Shown piece after piece: positions 24,669 to 38,811 of a DNA stretch of 64,000 nt (its first letter is position 1; each line of letters starts with the position of its first letter). A program made the position numbers and the translations under genes. Below the pieces are notes generated by a model. That model searched no databases, was not told the origin of the DNA, and saw only the letters and a program-made list of their open reading frames with translations. The stretch is taken from contig CM074522.1 of NCBI GenBank assembly GCA_037379345.1, positions 26,226,001 to 26,290,000 on the forward strand, read 5' to 3'. The stretch comes from Perna viridis. Lineage: Eukaryota.

Positions 24669-26880
24669 ATTTATATAAACAAAATATTTTTTGCAGTTCA
24701 TTGGTCATTTTACTGTTTGTAATATTTCGATTTTTTTTCATACTTGAAAACATTGTAATGAAAGTTTTCCTTGACCGCGGTTGTTTAAATTAAACTTCAC
24801 TTATTTTACTTTCTGGTTCATTTCTAAAACGGACCAACAATGAACACGAACCGATGGTTCAACTGAAACAAATCGCATAAAAAAATTCACTGCAAAATTG
24901 ACGGACGCTTTAACCGGACATTCTACAAAATCGATATTCCTTTTCGTGACAAACAAACATCGTTTGTCACGAAGGATTTAATGTCAAACCTCAACACTTT
25001 AAATCCAAATTATTTATACTCTCTCAATTTACAATTATTCTATTTGAGCTTACATATCCGACTTAAATCAACATAAACATTGCACAGATGTGTCGTGTAA
25101 ACCTTGAAGAGCTTACTTTTTCCATCGTAGTTCAATGTGTTAGAGGTACTTTCATTGATTGAAAGCAATAATCAGTATATTCCACAGACGATTTTCTGTT
25201 GTAAATATGGATCTTTGTGATATTTTGTATCATTTTTTTGTGCAATGCCAGCAATGTCATTCATATTTGGTCATTTTTTTAATTTCGCATTGTCCTAATC
25301 ACATTCCGATTCCTTTAGAGGGTTATCCAATTGTCATACGCTTCGTTTCGTCGCATCTGTTGTATGGTTCTATGCTCAGAGATGTAGATCAAACGTTCTA
25401 TCACTACGTTCAGTTGTAATATGTGATCACCAATAGTCCTTTTTTATGTCCCCGAATTTGATTTCGTTTTTTAAAATGTGAAGCAATGCAAGTAACTCCC
25501 TAACCCCAAAATCTGATTTACTGACCGATTACAGTAACGGACAGCAGCGGACTTCAAATTAAAATATATAATTTATTTAAGCTTTGGTAAGTACTTAAAT
25601 GCTTTTAAATGGCTTACCTTTAAGATACTAAACGAAGTGAAAACAGTTTCAGTTTGAAAGAAAAATGTTTACTGTTCTTACAAAAATGTACCACCAACTA
25701 GATTGTCGCGTGTTTATGGGTGACGTCCCTTTGATGAACTTGCTGAAATGGCTTCATTCATTCCCTAAATATGAAAGACTATCGAACCTTACCATTGAAA
25801 AAAAGAAATACTGAAAATTGACTTTTACATGTTAACTGATTATCCAAAAATAATTTTTTTTTATGTCTTATATCTTAAAACAAGAGTGCTTTGTTACTTT
25901 AAAATGTCTTTCACCCGCGATCAACCCGTTCCTTTTGAAGCGGTTCGTGCTACTTGACTGTGTACTTTATACTTATATTTGGCTGTAAGTCTTTGCTGTT
26001 TTATGTGCTGTCCAACGTGTTTTGTTCATTGATATTTCCTTTTTGATACTCCTTGTTTCATTGGCACATCGGTATTTTCCTTTTGTTTTTTTTCCAAACT
26101 ACATATTTTTTATGCATATGACAGATAAAATCAAGAAAACACCACCAAAAGTAGCAGTGAAAAAACTTTTTTAAGTCAAAGAAGGAGGAAAAAACAGGAA
26201 ATTTATGACAAAATGAGAGTATTTTTATGAAGATCACGGACGCATAATATTGAACGATAAAACTTGTTGCGCATTGCGTTTTAAATTTTTATAGGCCAAT
26301 TTGCAGGTTAAGTACAACACTGTCCTAAACATGTTTTTGACATGCTAATACACATATCTGAACCTATTAAAACACGAAGCTGATATAGATATTTTATTTT
26401 TTTTGTCGCTATCTTTTCCCTCTTGTCGCTTTTTCTGGAAACTTTCATGACACTTCTCGTCGCTAATTAGTGAGACTGTGTTCGTATACAGACTTTCTGC
26501 CAGAAAGGCCTACTCTCATGGCACGTCGGAAAAGAAAAAAAAGAATCTGAATTTAAATAATTATTAAAAACCATATAATAAATGCTTTTTAGTAAAGTAG
26601 GTAAGAAAATACCGAACTCCGAAAGACGTGAATTCCTGTCAGACTAAAATCAGACTTTCAAGTTATGACTTTATTTCGAACTGAATAACTTTATCAATTA
26701 GCTATAATATTGGGAACAAATCTAAATTGTGATATACTGAGCAATACCCGAATCACCCGACCACTGTTTATTTATGCTATACAATTTGATTTGGTTCCGT
26801 GCAGTTCGTTTTCCTATGTGTACTTAAAATTCTTGGTTATTAAGTGTTGAATACGTCTTGTTCTTAAAGTGTTGTGATAT

Positions 26881-27290
26881 TGATATCATTATATTGTCTG
26901 GTCCAAGAATTTCTCCTCTTTTGATTTATTGTGCTGTCTTATCCGATAATTTCTCCTCCTTTGATATTGTGTTGTCTTTTCCAAGCTTTTCTCCTCTTTT
27001 GATGTTATTGTGTTGTTTGGTCCAAGAATTTCTCCTCCTTTGATGTTACTATATTCTCTGGTCCAAGAATTTCTCCTCCTTTGATGTTATTGTGTTATCT
27101 TGTCCAAGAATTTCTCCTCCTTTGATGTTATTGTGTTGTCTTATCCAAGAATTTGTCCGCCTTTGATGTTATTGTGTTGTCTTGTCCAAGAATTTCTCCT
27201 CTTTTTGATGTTATTGTGTTGTCTTCTCCAAGGATTTCTCCTCTTTTTGATGTTATTGTGGTGTCTTGTCCGAGGATTTCTCATCCTCTT
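26881..27290. repeat. Minisatellite, about 10 copies of a 41-bp unit
   Basis: Unit ttgatgttattgtgttgtcttgtccaagaatttctcctcct. The central copies are the best conserved. Confidence 0.92.
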
Positions 27291-30200
27291 CACCATCTGT
27301 ATTATTAATTCTTGCGATGTAATTCATTAACAATGGAAGGAGAAATTTTAATGAATTCTTAAACATTTATATTACGAGTTTATAAAATTAAACTCGTATA
27401 CCACATGATAGATTGGTACTGGATATCGCTTTCTATTTTGAAAGAGGTTTTATGTACTTCTTGTATAGAAATGTGGTTTTTTGTCTTGGATTAAAACCTT
27501 CCTTTGTATTTGATTCTGAAGCTGTAGATGAGAGACACATGTGCAGCATGTAGAATTGGCAATACAAATATTATTGGTACTTTTGTTTTTATGAACAATT
27601 CACACTTTGATTGAAGATGATTAACGATCTAGGAATATACTCCGAGATACACATAATATTAATCGATATAATATCGAAGTTTATCAGTAATTGAAATACG
27701 TCAAATTCCAGGTACATGGCCTAAAGGTGAAAAAAGGAAACAAAGGCGATCTACATACACAATGTAGTAAGACGAATGAGAAATAGATTTAAAAAAAAAC
27801 TTAACACAAGAAAACAAGACGTAACACAATGAACTAAAGCACTAACAATTTGAACTACATGGAGTAACATTAGGGTTATAAATGTAGTTTATATAAGGCT
27901 CCTGAAGGGTAAGCATTCCCTGCCCTGCCTGGGCATCCGTCATTGCAAGTTGAGCATGTCCTTTCTTCTTATTGAAATCTGTCAGTCCAAATCAAATTTC
28001 TTATTTCATATAATATTAAGAAATGCATTACCAATTTAATGCTTTTTTCCTTAAATTACGGAAATACACAAATAAATGGATAAACAAAGAGCAGTTTAAT
28101 ACTTTCCTCATAATCCTGATCATCAGATTTAGCCTATTCCAAACATATCATACGTACCACGGAAACTAGTAAAACACTAGTTGCAGGAAACAATTCGTGG
28201 CGGGTCATTTTAATACACATACACGTGAGGGTTATTTTCGTTACATTCTCGGCCTGTATATTTACTAAGATATATTCATCATGGGATTGAATTATAATTT
28301 TAGAGATGCTTTGTGGAAGTTGTGCTTATTGCGCAACTTGTGACCCAAAACAACGAAAATCAAAACAACTTGAAACGAGCATGTATAATAGACGGTCTTT
28401 TCAAAAGCTGAATATTTTAAATACTCTCTGAATAGAACCATCAGTCAAGATAATTACAAAAAAAACTAGTAAGTTTCCTTTAGTACAGATGTAGACAAAT
28501 CGGAGCAGTTTGTTAAAAAAAAGCATCAATTTCAACAGATACATCATGAATAGAAAAAGTTATGTAAAATTTATGTTATACCAAATTCTACTACGCATCG
28601 TCGGAATTGATTAAAACATCACATAAAACGACATATTGCACTCTGTTGATATAATGTAAAAAAATGCAAGTCATTTAACGTATCACTTACATTTATCAAT
28701 TCATTATCAGTTTAATTCTTAAATTACATATATGCATGCCGAAACCTTTTACTATTGCATACTATAAGTATTGTAAAACCGCATTGTAAAAATCACGGAG
28801 AGCTTATTTATTCTACCTACAGTAATGAATAAAACGTCAAATGCATTCTCATTTCAACTGAAGCAGTGATCAATAACTTAACAGATAGTGCTCTCTCTAG
28901 CTTACTTTACTATTAAACTTATTTCACAGTAGCGTATGGTTGTCGTATTATGAGTGGCAGTGCGTCATTTATTAAACAAAGATCGTTTTATCTATGAAGA
29001 TTGCGAAAGTATATTGTCATTAAGAAAGTGATGCTTTGTAGATTTATGCATGCTATGCACAGACAATAGTACCAGAAATAATCGAATTTACATAGTAGTG
29101 ATTGCAAACTTTGATAAAAGAATATTTTAAACCGTATTGACTGCAGTGATCTAACGTGGAACAGTTCGTTGTATTGGAAACCACAGAATAGATTAAACAA
29201 AACCGTCCTATGTAGTCCTATAACTGTACGAAGTAGTCTGTATATTGGATTACAAAAGCAAGAGTTAAAGGAAGCAATTAATTAATATGAAGTTGACATT
29301 TGCGCGTTTCCTTTTATCTTGCTGGTAGTGTTAATTTGATTACAGCTTGAAATATCTGAAATCGATTTTCAGTTAGTGATTATGTAGCTTCTTCCAAAAA
29401 AGTAAGTATGTAAATATAAAAACACATTGTTTGTTTGTGAGTTTTTATATATTAATGTTTGTACTACACTTTTCTTATTATATTCGTTTACGACAACTAT
29501 GAATAAAATAATACTTGTATGATCGAGTGGAACAGAAATATGTTAAAAGAAATCAGAAAGGAACAGAAATCCTACTTATATAACATTTTAGCAAGTCAAT
29601 TCATACATCTCCAAGTAAAACTGAACATCGTATTCTTGTTAATCATTTCATCAATATTACCTCTGCCTTTCCAGACCTCCCAATCGTGTTTAATACTCTG
29701 TTTAAAAAATTTTCCTATCACATTGGAATGTGATGAAAATGTCTTTGTTTCTTTGAACATAAAGTTTAACAAATTATTCGATCGTTTTTTTTCTGTTTAC
29801 TATTTTGTTAATAGTCGATTCCCATTTTTTTGATAGTTGCATTTTTTAAACCATCTAGTTTCTAAAATTACAAAATAGTTTTGCAGTTTTACTATCTAAG
29901 TTTTTCGATGATTCTTTTTTTGTTTTTTATATTGTACTTCACATGGAATTAAAGTTAATATGTCATCTTCATGTGAACATTTATTACTTCCCATCATTTT
30001 CATGTAAATTTTTTGTGAATTGGTTTTATAATGTAGATATGTTACTCTTATTGTGCTCATATATATCACAAACAAGTTTTTAGCGGCACATTGAAATCAT
30101 ACAGAATGAAAATTTTAATGTTTCTAAAGAAATATTTAAAGCTTTTACTTACGTTATTGAGTGTATTTTATGAACCATTTGGTATAACACACATTGATAG

Positions 30201-33200
30201 TATTTGAAAATTATGGTTTGAAATTCTAATTTATTACGAAATTGATTTAAAAATAATTTGGATAAGAAATAAACTGCTGTTTTGCATAAATTATATAGGG
30301 TATTGGTATATTAGCTTTCTAAAAAAAGCTTTGCAACTTTTAAGCTTCTTATACAAGAGTAGGTATTTCATTGTCCTATTCTTGAGAACACCTTTCCAAT
30401 CAGATGGAAAATGGTTTGTATTGTTATGTATTGTTAGATCATAGGTTTATCTACCTTTATAATGGTAATAAGCCAATAGTCAGTACTCAGATACAATATT
30501 GGCCATTCAACACATACCAGAAGCTGCTGTAGTTCACAATGCAGTTTGTTGTTTAACGAAATATTCTTTTATTATCGCTGTAAAAATGTTCTTTTAAAGA
30601 AATTTAAACTTAATAAATCGTAAAAAAGGCTTCAACATATTGTTAACTTAACGGCTTGTATGAACGACTCGACTAAAATAATGCTTACCTTTCGAATCAC
30701 CTTGTGTCACTTCTGTTTCTTTGTCTGTTTCATATTACAAGTTCTTTATTGTTTATCTCGTCTTGATATGTTATTGCATTTTATTACGTTTGTTCCTTAT
30801 GTATATAGATACGTATTAATATCCTCTTTTTACGTTTAGATCAAGTAATTAGAATTTTATTGCCTTTGCAATGTCTTTATTTTTACGCCTCAGCATAGTT
30901 GTGCAAATTATTGGTGACCACCATATTGTATGTATCACTATCTTGACTATGCATTTAGGAGGCAATGTTTACATACAATTCGAACTTTTAATAGATCAAT
31001 TAAACTGCTTGATCCTTTAAATTGCATCAAACATGTCTTTTATGACCCTGAGTCTTTTGATCTGTCTTTTCATGCAAATGGTATTTGTAGCAATTTTCCT
31101 ATTGTTTTCAACAACAAAATATACACCGTAGTGCAGATTCAATGCAGCTAATCACAAGGCTTATCAAATAATGATTACAAAAATGTCCCTCTCCGCTCTC
31201 TCTAATAGTTTACTTTTTGATATGAAAACCTTATCGCAGATTTTTTCCGAAACAACAGAACAATTTATCACAGATGTGTTATTTTTACTTCACAAGTTGT
31301 CCTGTTGTCTTGTCAAGTCGTTGAGTTGACTTCATTTCGACCATTGTGATAGGAAACGAACGACTGCCGCTGCGCGAAACTTGTACATTTACATGAAAAA
31401 GAGAAAAATCGGAAGTGACAATGGAAAAGGGGGGATATCACGGGGATCCTTGGAGAAAATACGCTAGTTTTGCTACTGTACTCGTTTAACAAAAGGTGGA
31501 CAAAAGCATGTCATCTACCTCGCCAACTACGATGAATGCTAGAAGGTGACACCTTGTACTTTGCCGAGACAGAAATCAAAGTGCAAACATTACAAAATGA
31601 ACCATTCTAACTGTTTTTTTTTCCGAATGGTTGTTTACCGTACTAAATATAGTAATTAAAGTGCCTTTTGTCATTAATTCTTTAATGAGTTTCTTGTAGA
31701 GTATTTTGTTTCATTATGAGTTTAATTAGACAAAACCTATAATAAAGTCATTGTAAAATAACCCAATGTTAATGAACATATTAAATGCATACTTTTTATA
31801 TTAGAGTCTCTATGTATATGATTACATTATTGTCAAACAGCGAGTCGACGATCCAGGCACAAGTACTGTAAATGAGCAAAATCTCGTAAGATGCTATTTT
31901 TCGCGATTTACTAGGTCAGGTGGATGTCAATTTTAACGTGAGTCGTCTTAACGTCTGAAGGAAATTAAGCATAGGAATCTTTTGTCATTTTCGCGAAAAG
32001 TAAAGTGGTAATGGTGAATATTTATCAAAAATACAACAACTCCAACGGAACTCTTCATTAAACGACGAGGAAACCCTCACACCACAGGGCACACCACAAC
32101 TGGCCCCAAAACAACATTACACAGGTACCATGTCTGGGTTGGACAGATTTACGGATTTTACGAACTAAATTCAGGTTATTTTACACGTTCTATAGTTGCT
32201 GTAATACCGAACGTCGCATGCGAGGCTAACGATGGACGCTCGATCGAACCGGAAAAAGTATCAGACAAACCTGCAGAAATGGATCTGGAACCGAAGATGT
32301 AATACAAAAACATAAAATATTTACAGTATCCAGACCCGGTACGCCGAATTATTAAAAAAAATGAACAACCGTTTATATATCATATCTCGCTCCACTCAGC
32401 TAAGGTCCCTTTTTCAATGATTTTATGAATATAAGGAAAATGTATAATTGCGATGCTCAGTTAACGCTGTGTCTAACTCACATTATGTGGTTTGAATTGA
32501 CGCTGTAAGAAGTAAACACATGGCGTAACAGCTATGATACTCTTGAAAAGGAACTTAACTTACTGCAATTTACCTGTAATTACACTGATGATTTTGCTAC
32601 CCACAATACTGTACTATTGAAGTACACATGTACATAAAGTAAATTCTTTTCTGTTAATTTCAAGTTTTCCTTGTTCTTATGTTCATGTTATCTATGTGGT
32701 TGAATACCGTAATTCGTGTAAGAGAAGGGCAGTGTTTTCTTTCACAAATTAACATACACTATTGAAGATTGAAAGAATCAGCCATTCTCTAAAGGATTTC
32801 ACCTTCTTTTTATGAATTCACATACTATGCGGACAGTAACAAGCACACCTGAATGTATGATTTATTTTCAATCAATTGAAAAAAGAAAACGTATTTTTGG
32901 ATTGTTTCGTTATGACATTCGATACTTTAATCCTGACAATAGGATTATCTAGACTTCCCAGTGAAACGCGGTCTCAATTCAAAACAGAAAATCATAATGA
33001 TAAACAATGTAGGGATCTTTGTCGTTAAATATATCGTTCTCTCTTTGAAATGGAAGGAGTTTTTGACCCCAGAATGGCTTCTTTGTTCAGTAGAGAACGC
33101 ATTCTACAGATCAACAATGGATCGCAATATTTGACGTTGCACTTTGTTTTTTTTTGTTGTTGTTGTTTGCTGTTTTGTTGTTTTTTGTTTTGTTTCTTAT

Positions 33201-36116
33201 TTGTTTTAATAGTTTTTCATTGTTAATACATATGCAGATTTATATCCAATTTGCAGAAATATTAATCTTTCTCGTTCTCAATATGTTAATTGAAGACTTA
33301 TGTTGATAGTCTCTTTTTTTTCGCGGAATAAAAGAGTGTTTCCTAATCTTTTAATTCTATTAAACGTGATAAGTTTTAGGTACCAGTCGTTGTAAGGATA
33401 AGGCAGTGAATGAAACAGAAAATGAAGTCCACCACTTTAACAGCATAATTTTAATATTTATATATGCAGAATCAAGGGAATGTAACTAATTTTTCCATAT
33501 CGTTTTGAAATATTTAGTTTTAAAGTCATCGAAGTGCACTGCACATGAACATTTAAATTATAGTTTACTCTTTCAAACTTTATCTTCTAACATTTTAATA
33601 AAAACTTTTTTTAACAAATCCTGTGAGTCCAAGACCAAATAGGGTCATTTTGAAATATATATACAGAAGACTACTTTAACTGATATTATAGTGTCAGAGC
33701 GGTGTTTTTTTTACATGCAGGTTTCATTTATTTCCCACGTTGCCTATTCTTTAAAAGACTTATACTGAAAGTCTTGGTTTTGATCACCATGGTGTCTAAG
33801 TGAGAGAAAAAAAATCAATCCCTATCGGTAAAGGATACTTTTTCAAATGTGTGTAAATTCAGTATGCTAGATATATTGGGAATTCGATATTTTTATACAT
33901 TCATGATGATAGTACAATTTCAGACATTACTTACACTGACGGTAAATAAATATTTACATTAGCCTAGTAAATTGGCAATTGACACATCTGCTTCTGCTTT
34001 ATCATAATATTTTGAAAAGCAATCTGCAATTATATGTGAAAAAGTACCACGAAAAGTATGAAACTGATTTACGATTATATACCAAAGTATGCTCAAAGGC
34101 ATCAATAACTCGAATTGTTGAAATGTTTAGAAATACTGACATTTAATGTGGTCGTTAAGTATTACAGATTGCAGATGGAACATTCGTATTTACGTCGTTT
34201 ATCCATTTGCAAAGATATATTTCATTTAGAAATGCGTAGTAGTTGCTGTAATATTTATATTTAATATTTATATTTGTACTTTATGTTTATAAAATTTGAG
34301 CTGAATCGAATTTGTCTAATGAACCATTACCAATCATGTTTACAATTTTCAGATTTCTTTACATTCGCTGTGAGTTGAATTGTATAATGTACCAATGCGT
34401 GATGTAAACAAGGGTTTAATACATTGGCGATATTGATGTTGATTGCCATTTATATATTAATACAATGTAGTAAATATGTAGACGACTGTTGTATATAATA
34501 AAGTTTAAAACTTTTATACTAAGATCTTTTCACTTAGTATAGATTGACAGAAGTCTCTTTAATATCCAGTACTTCCTTCCCCCGACAAAAGCCTGAAGGT
34601 CGAAAATTTGGGCTAACATTGTTTTACTACATTTTATTGGTATTTCATTTGCATTTAGTCCCTTTTTATGTTTAAAATATGGCTATTTTCACACTTATTA
34701 CTCATATGATATCATAACTGATTTTGTTAACGATATTTACTTCCATTTTCAACTTTAAAGTTGAACTGATTTGCAATATCAGTCGTTTAAAAGCAATATC
34801 TGTATCTGACATCTAGTATGAAATAACTTCAGTTGATTGTTTTTATGTATAAATTATGTTTACATTTGTTATCATGTGTTCCCGGCTCCGGTTTGCCAAT
34901 AAGTATCACCTCGCTTGACAATTTGTTTTTCAACTTTTCTTGAAAGCATTCACATGAGAATCATGTATCTTCTTGCTTGTGTTCCTGTTGTTTTAATTTT
35001 GTAATGTGTTTTACGGATGTAACATGCTTACTGTTCCAGGGGACCTGGTATTCTGATTTTTGTGCGAGTTTATATTGGTAGTGCTTTAGTTTGTGTGAGG
35101 TCTTGTTTGTAATTTATGCTATTGTATATATTGTGTATGTAGATCTTTTTTTATTCTTGTTTTCTCATAAAGGCCATGTACTTGAATGTCTATTGTCCCA
35201 TTTTATTGCTTTGCCCATATTTTCTTATATTTTGAACACGAAAGTTAAACTGATTTACAATATTAACCGCTAAATAGTACTAAGCAATGACTTCTAAAAA
35301 AAAAAACAAGTAATGCTTTTATCGGACTTGAGAATATTTTGTTCGAAACAAATTGAGGACTTCGCATCCCAGTAACAACCGTTTCACTATAGCAAATTAC
35401 TCCATATACCGAACTACACTCTTAAAGCCGTTACTACAGTCATCAATATTCATTATAATTTCCCTAGATAATGGTTTAAGGTGCAAACGACTGGCGCTCC
35501 GACACTTAAACACTTCTATACTGTCAAGTATGTACTCCCAGTGGAATAAGTAGATTAAAGGCAGCTTGGTAGTGATTAATAATGGAATTAATAGACTCGA
35601 ACATCCATCAAGGAGGATGATGGTAAAATTCAATCAATCTGGTACTGCGTCGACAAAAAATCAGTTTTGATTGATGTTGTTTACGTATTCGGTTACTAGT
35701 AGCAATGACATCCTGTATTTTTGCTCATGGTAATTACATGTAAGCTGGATATGTTTTTCGTTTGGGCTCATTCGTCCTTCGGATACTTTGGCATTTTTAT
35801 AAACCGTCAAATTTACGAGCGAAAAACTTTGTCAATTTAATAAAAATCTTATTCTCATAATTCAAAATAAAACAGGTATGATGTTTGTATTGTATCCAAC
35901 AGGAATTGCATCATATTTGCGTACTAATATTATGATGTTAAGCGAAATTAGTTCTCGTATTGATTTGTCCATTTTTCAAATACTTTAACCTAAAATACAT
36001 GTTTTATTGAATACGTGCGAAATTATCGAAGTTGTAGCTTATCATATTTGTTAAAATATTTACCAAAAATTAACAGGAGCATTTTTGAATTTTTAGACAA
36101 CGTATTATATTTCGTC

Positions 36117-36529
36117 TGTTACGGGCGAGCATGATTTGACTCACAAAATTATACTCCGCCACCGAGGATCGAACCTAGACCGCTTAAGTCAATTACTTGG
36201 CTATTTAGATCTCACTATCTACTATGACGCAGGTAGGCCGTCCTGCCACATTTTTCCCACCTTAAGAGTCTTCATACCACGGACGATTCTAACATTAGCT
36301 CAATAGCTAACCAAACCCCGTGGGTTTTTAGTTGGGCGCCAAATGTAACGGGAGAGCATGATTTGACTCACAAAATTATACTCCGCCACCGAGGATCGAA
36401 CCCTAGATCGCTCGGTGACAAGCCAGCGACAAACCGATTCGGCTAAAGAATTAATCCTTTAGCCAAGTCAATTAACTGGATATTTAAATTTCACTATCTA
36501 CTATAACGCAGGTGGGCCGTCCTGCAACA
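36117..36529 (-). mobile_element. TRIM (miniature LTR retrotransposon) with a tRNA-derived LTR, Helenus-like
   Basis: Two TG...CA direct repeats (36117-36250 and 36344-36529). The 93-bp internal region carries PBS TGGCGCCCAAC and PPT AAGGTGGGAAAAA on the minus strand. TSD CGTC (36113-36116 and 36530-36533). Confidence 0.9.
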
Positions 36530-38599
36530 CGTCAATACAAAAAATCTTTTTTTTTATTTATCTAACTTGTATATATTACAAACCAATGTAAATGTACACA
36601 AGCATATATCATCTCGTACCCGTAGACCAAAATGCCAGTTTCCTACTAGTAATCAGAAAATTTCAGTTATGCATAGTTTTGTTAGCTGAAAAAGTAATCA
36701 AGGGAACTATGATTCTAGCGAGAATCGAAAGAATGTAATCCAGGGATAAAGACCAGGAATGGAGAACAGACAAACATAACAAAGAACATAAAGTAACTAC
36801 AAAAATACATATCATGCCGTTATCCGATATTTTCTGTCTCGGCTTCGAATTTTCCTTTACTCTGATGTCTCGGTTATGTCTTCTCCTTATCATTACTTCT
36901 TACTATGCGTTTTACGTTTCACAAGTCAGTATGGAATAATGTACTTATCTGGCAAGTATTGAGACAATATCCTTGAAGTATCTGAATCAACAAATAATGA
37001 AACTAATAAGAATGCAGCTTCATTAATTCTTCTTTTGTTAATAAGTCTCATGAGAAAATTTAATTAATTCTTTAGGAGAGCATCAATCTAAATACTCTTT
37101 GTAAATGTTTGATGTTTGTTCATTTGGTTCGTTTGTTGTTAATTTTTTTATATTTCTATCAAAGACGTTAAATTTCTTCTAGTTTAATCGTCCTTGTAAT
37201 CATATGCATAGCAAATTGTCTGAACTGAACCGCTGTTGGATTAAAAAAAATGGTTTGGTTTCAACAGTTGTTTGAACGTTCAAAATATATTTGTATTAAT
37301 TTGAAGGTACTTTGAAATATATCTGGTTTGGACAGGTTTTCTGGTTTTTCACAGTTCCATTTCAGGCACTGTAGTAACACAAGTAGTAAAGCTGTCCTTT
37401 CTTTAATTAACGCAGTTAAAATGTTTGATATAAAAATCGTGAAGTCAACAAATAACATAATTCTTTAACTTAACCAGTCCATATAAAATTCAGACACGGC
37501 CTATGCTAAGGTGAATCATGGTGTAGAAAAACCCACATAACAAACAATGTTTTCGGTCTTCAGACGCTATATTTTAAGGTAACATTAGTCTTTTCTGTAT
37601 TCAGATCTGCACGTTTGAGAAATTCATACATTCATCTCACACAAATCAACCAAATCGAACAAAATCAAGGACGATAACTTTTGCTAAGTGCTAATGTCAA
37701 GTATATTCTATATAAATTTTATCTCAAAAGTGCAACAACCATATGAAAAGCTATGAGTGGTTATATGGTCTGTAACTGATTCTGAATAGGAAATAAAAGT
37801 AATGTTAGTGGGCTTTTGACACGAATGAATCACGTCCTGTCTGATTTTTATAAAGACTGCTACTTAAAATTTCTTGGTTGTATTAATATTGTTTTTTTGT
37901 TAATCTTTGCCATAACAAAGTACTCAGAATCGAAACGTCATTTGTAATAATGATTTACAGGAAGTGAAATGCCAGATGTTTGATCTTGACATCAATAAAA
38001 GGAAGTTATTACTTAAACCATTTTTTATAGAATAAGTAAATTATATGGCAAGTGACAGGTTCTCAAACAAGATATAATTGGCTTTCTCATTTTTTTCAAA
38101 AACATCTTAAAAAAGATTTACATTGATCCTGTAGAAAATAATTACATTTCATTGGTAATTCGATACAAAACAAACAAGCTGTTCATGTCAACTGTAATTG
38201 AAATTGCTATATTTTTAAATCTTGGTTTCATCATCGCATCATAATAATACATTAAAGCTTCGAACTGAAAAGTCTTAAATTTCATAGGTAGTCAAAAATC
38301 ACGAAACCAATTTATAGTGAGATCTTTTATACTGATTTTTATGTTCGCTGAAGTTAAAGTTTTTGTTAAACCTAATTCAAAAAACACTTTTAAAATCGAT
38401 ACGAAGGAACGTCTGCTTTAGACAGGTTTCTGTTTATTCAGTGTTCGGTTAAGATAGGTTTCACTGTACAAGATGTCTTTTCAGGACGTGCATCAAGCCC
38501 CACGTAACGACAGACGTTCGTTTCCTCTCTTGCTAACAGCTTCAGACAGGCCTATCGAAATTCTCAGGCGTTATTCAAATTATACGTCGTTTGTCAATG

Positions 38600-38720
38600 G
38601 GATAACGTCGCGTAAAATCACTTTTTCCAGGCTTTGCAAGAATCTTGCATTTTGTGAGAGGGCTGGCTGCAGCATCTAGAGTGAATTTTGAACGTCAGAC
38701 GCTGTTCTGGAGCTTGGACG
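38600..38720 (+). repeat. Dispersed repeat with a palindromic ttgcaagaatcttgca core; copies at about 43970-44085 (+) and 60165-60250 (-)
   Basis: The three loci share ctttgcaaga.tcttgcatttt...cagc.t.tag..tg...tttcgaa/ttttgaa...cgc. Confidence 0.6.
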
Positions 38721-38811
38721 CGCATATACTTGTAGTGAAATGTCCGAATAGAGAAACAGTTGCCATTTATTGGTCCCTTAAATGACCTCCTTTTATCTAT
38801 AACAATATTTT

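Noticed and set aside
26858-27330. Leu/Cys-rich ORFs
   Set aside because: Artefacts of the 41-bp minisatellite.
35353-35633. Overlapping ORFs on both strands with mildly coding-like composition
   Set aside because: No recognisable motif or consistent splice sites; possibly a very old retroelement scrap.
36381-36450. Possible genuine tRNA-Asp gene
   Set aside because: The stems are imperfect and it is embedded in a TRIM LTR, so it is a tRNA-derived promoter only.
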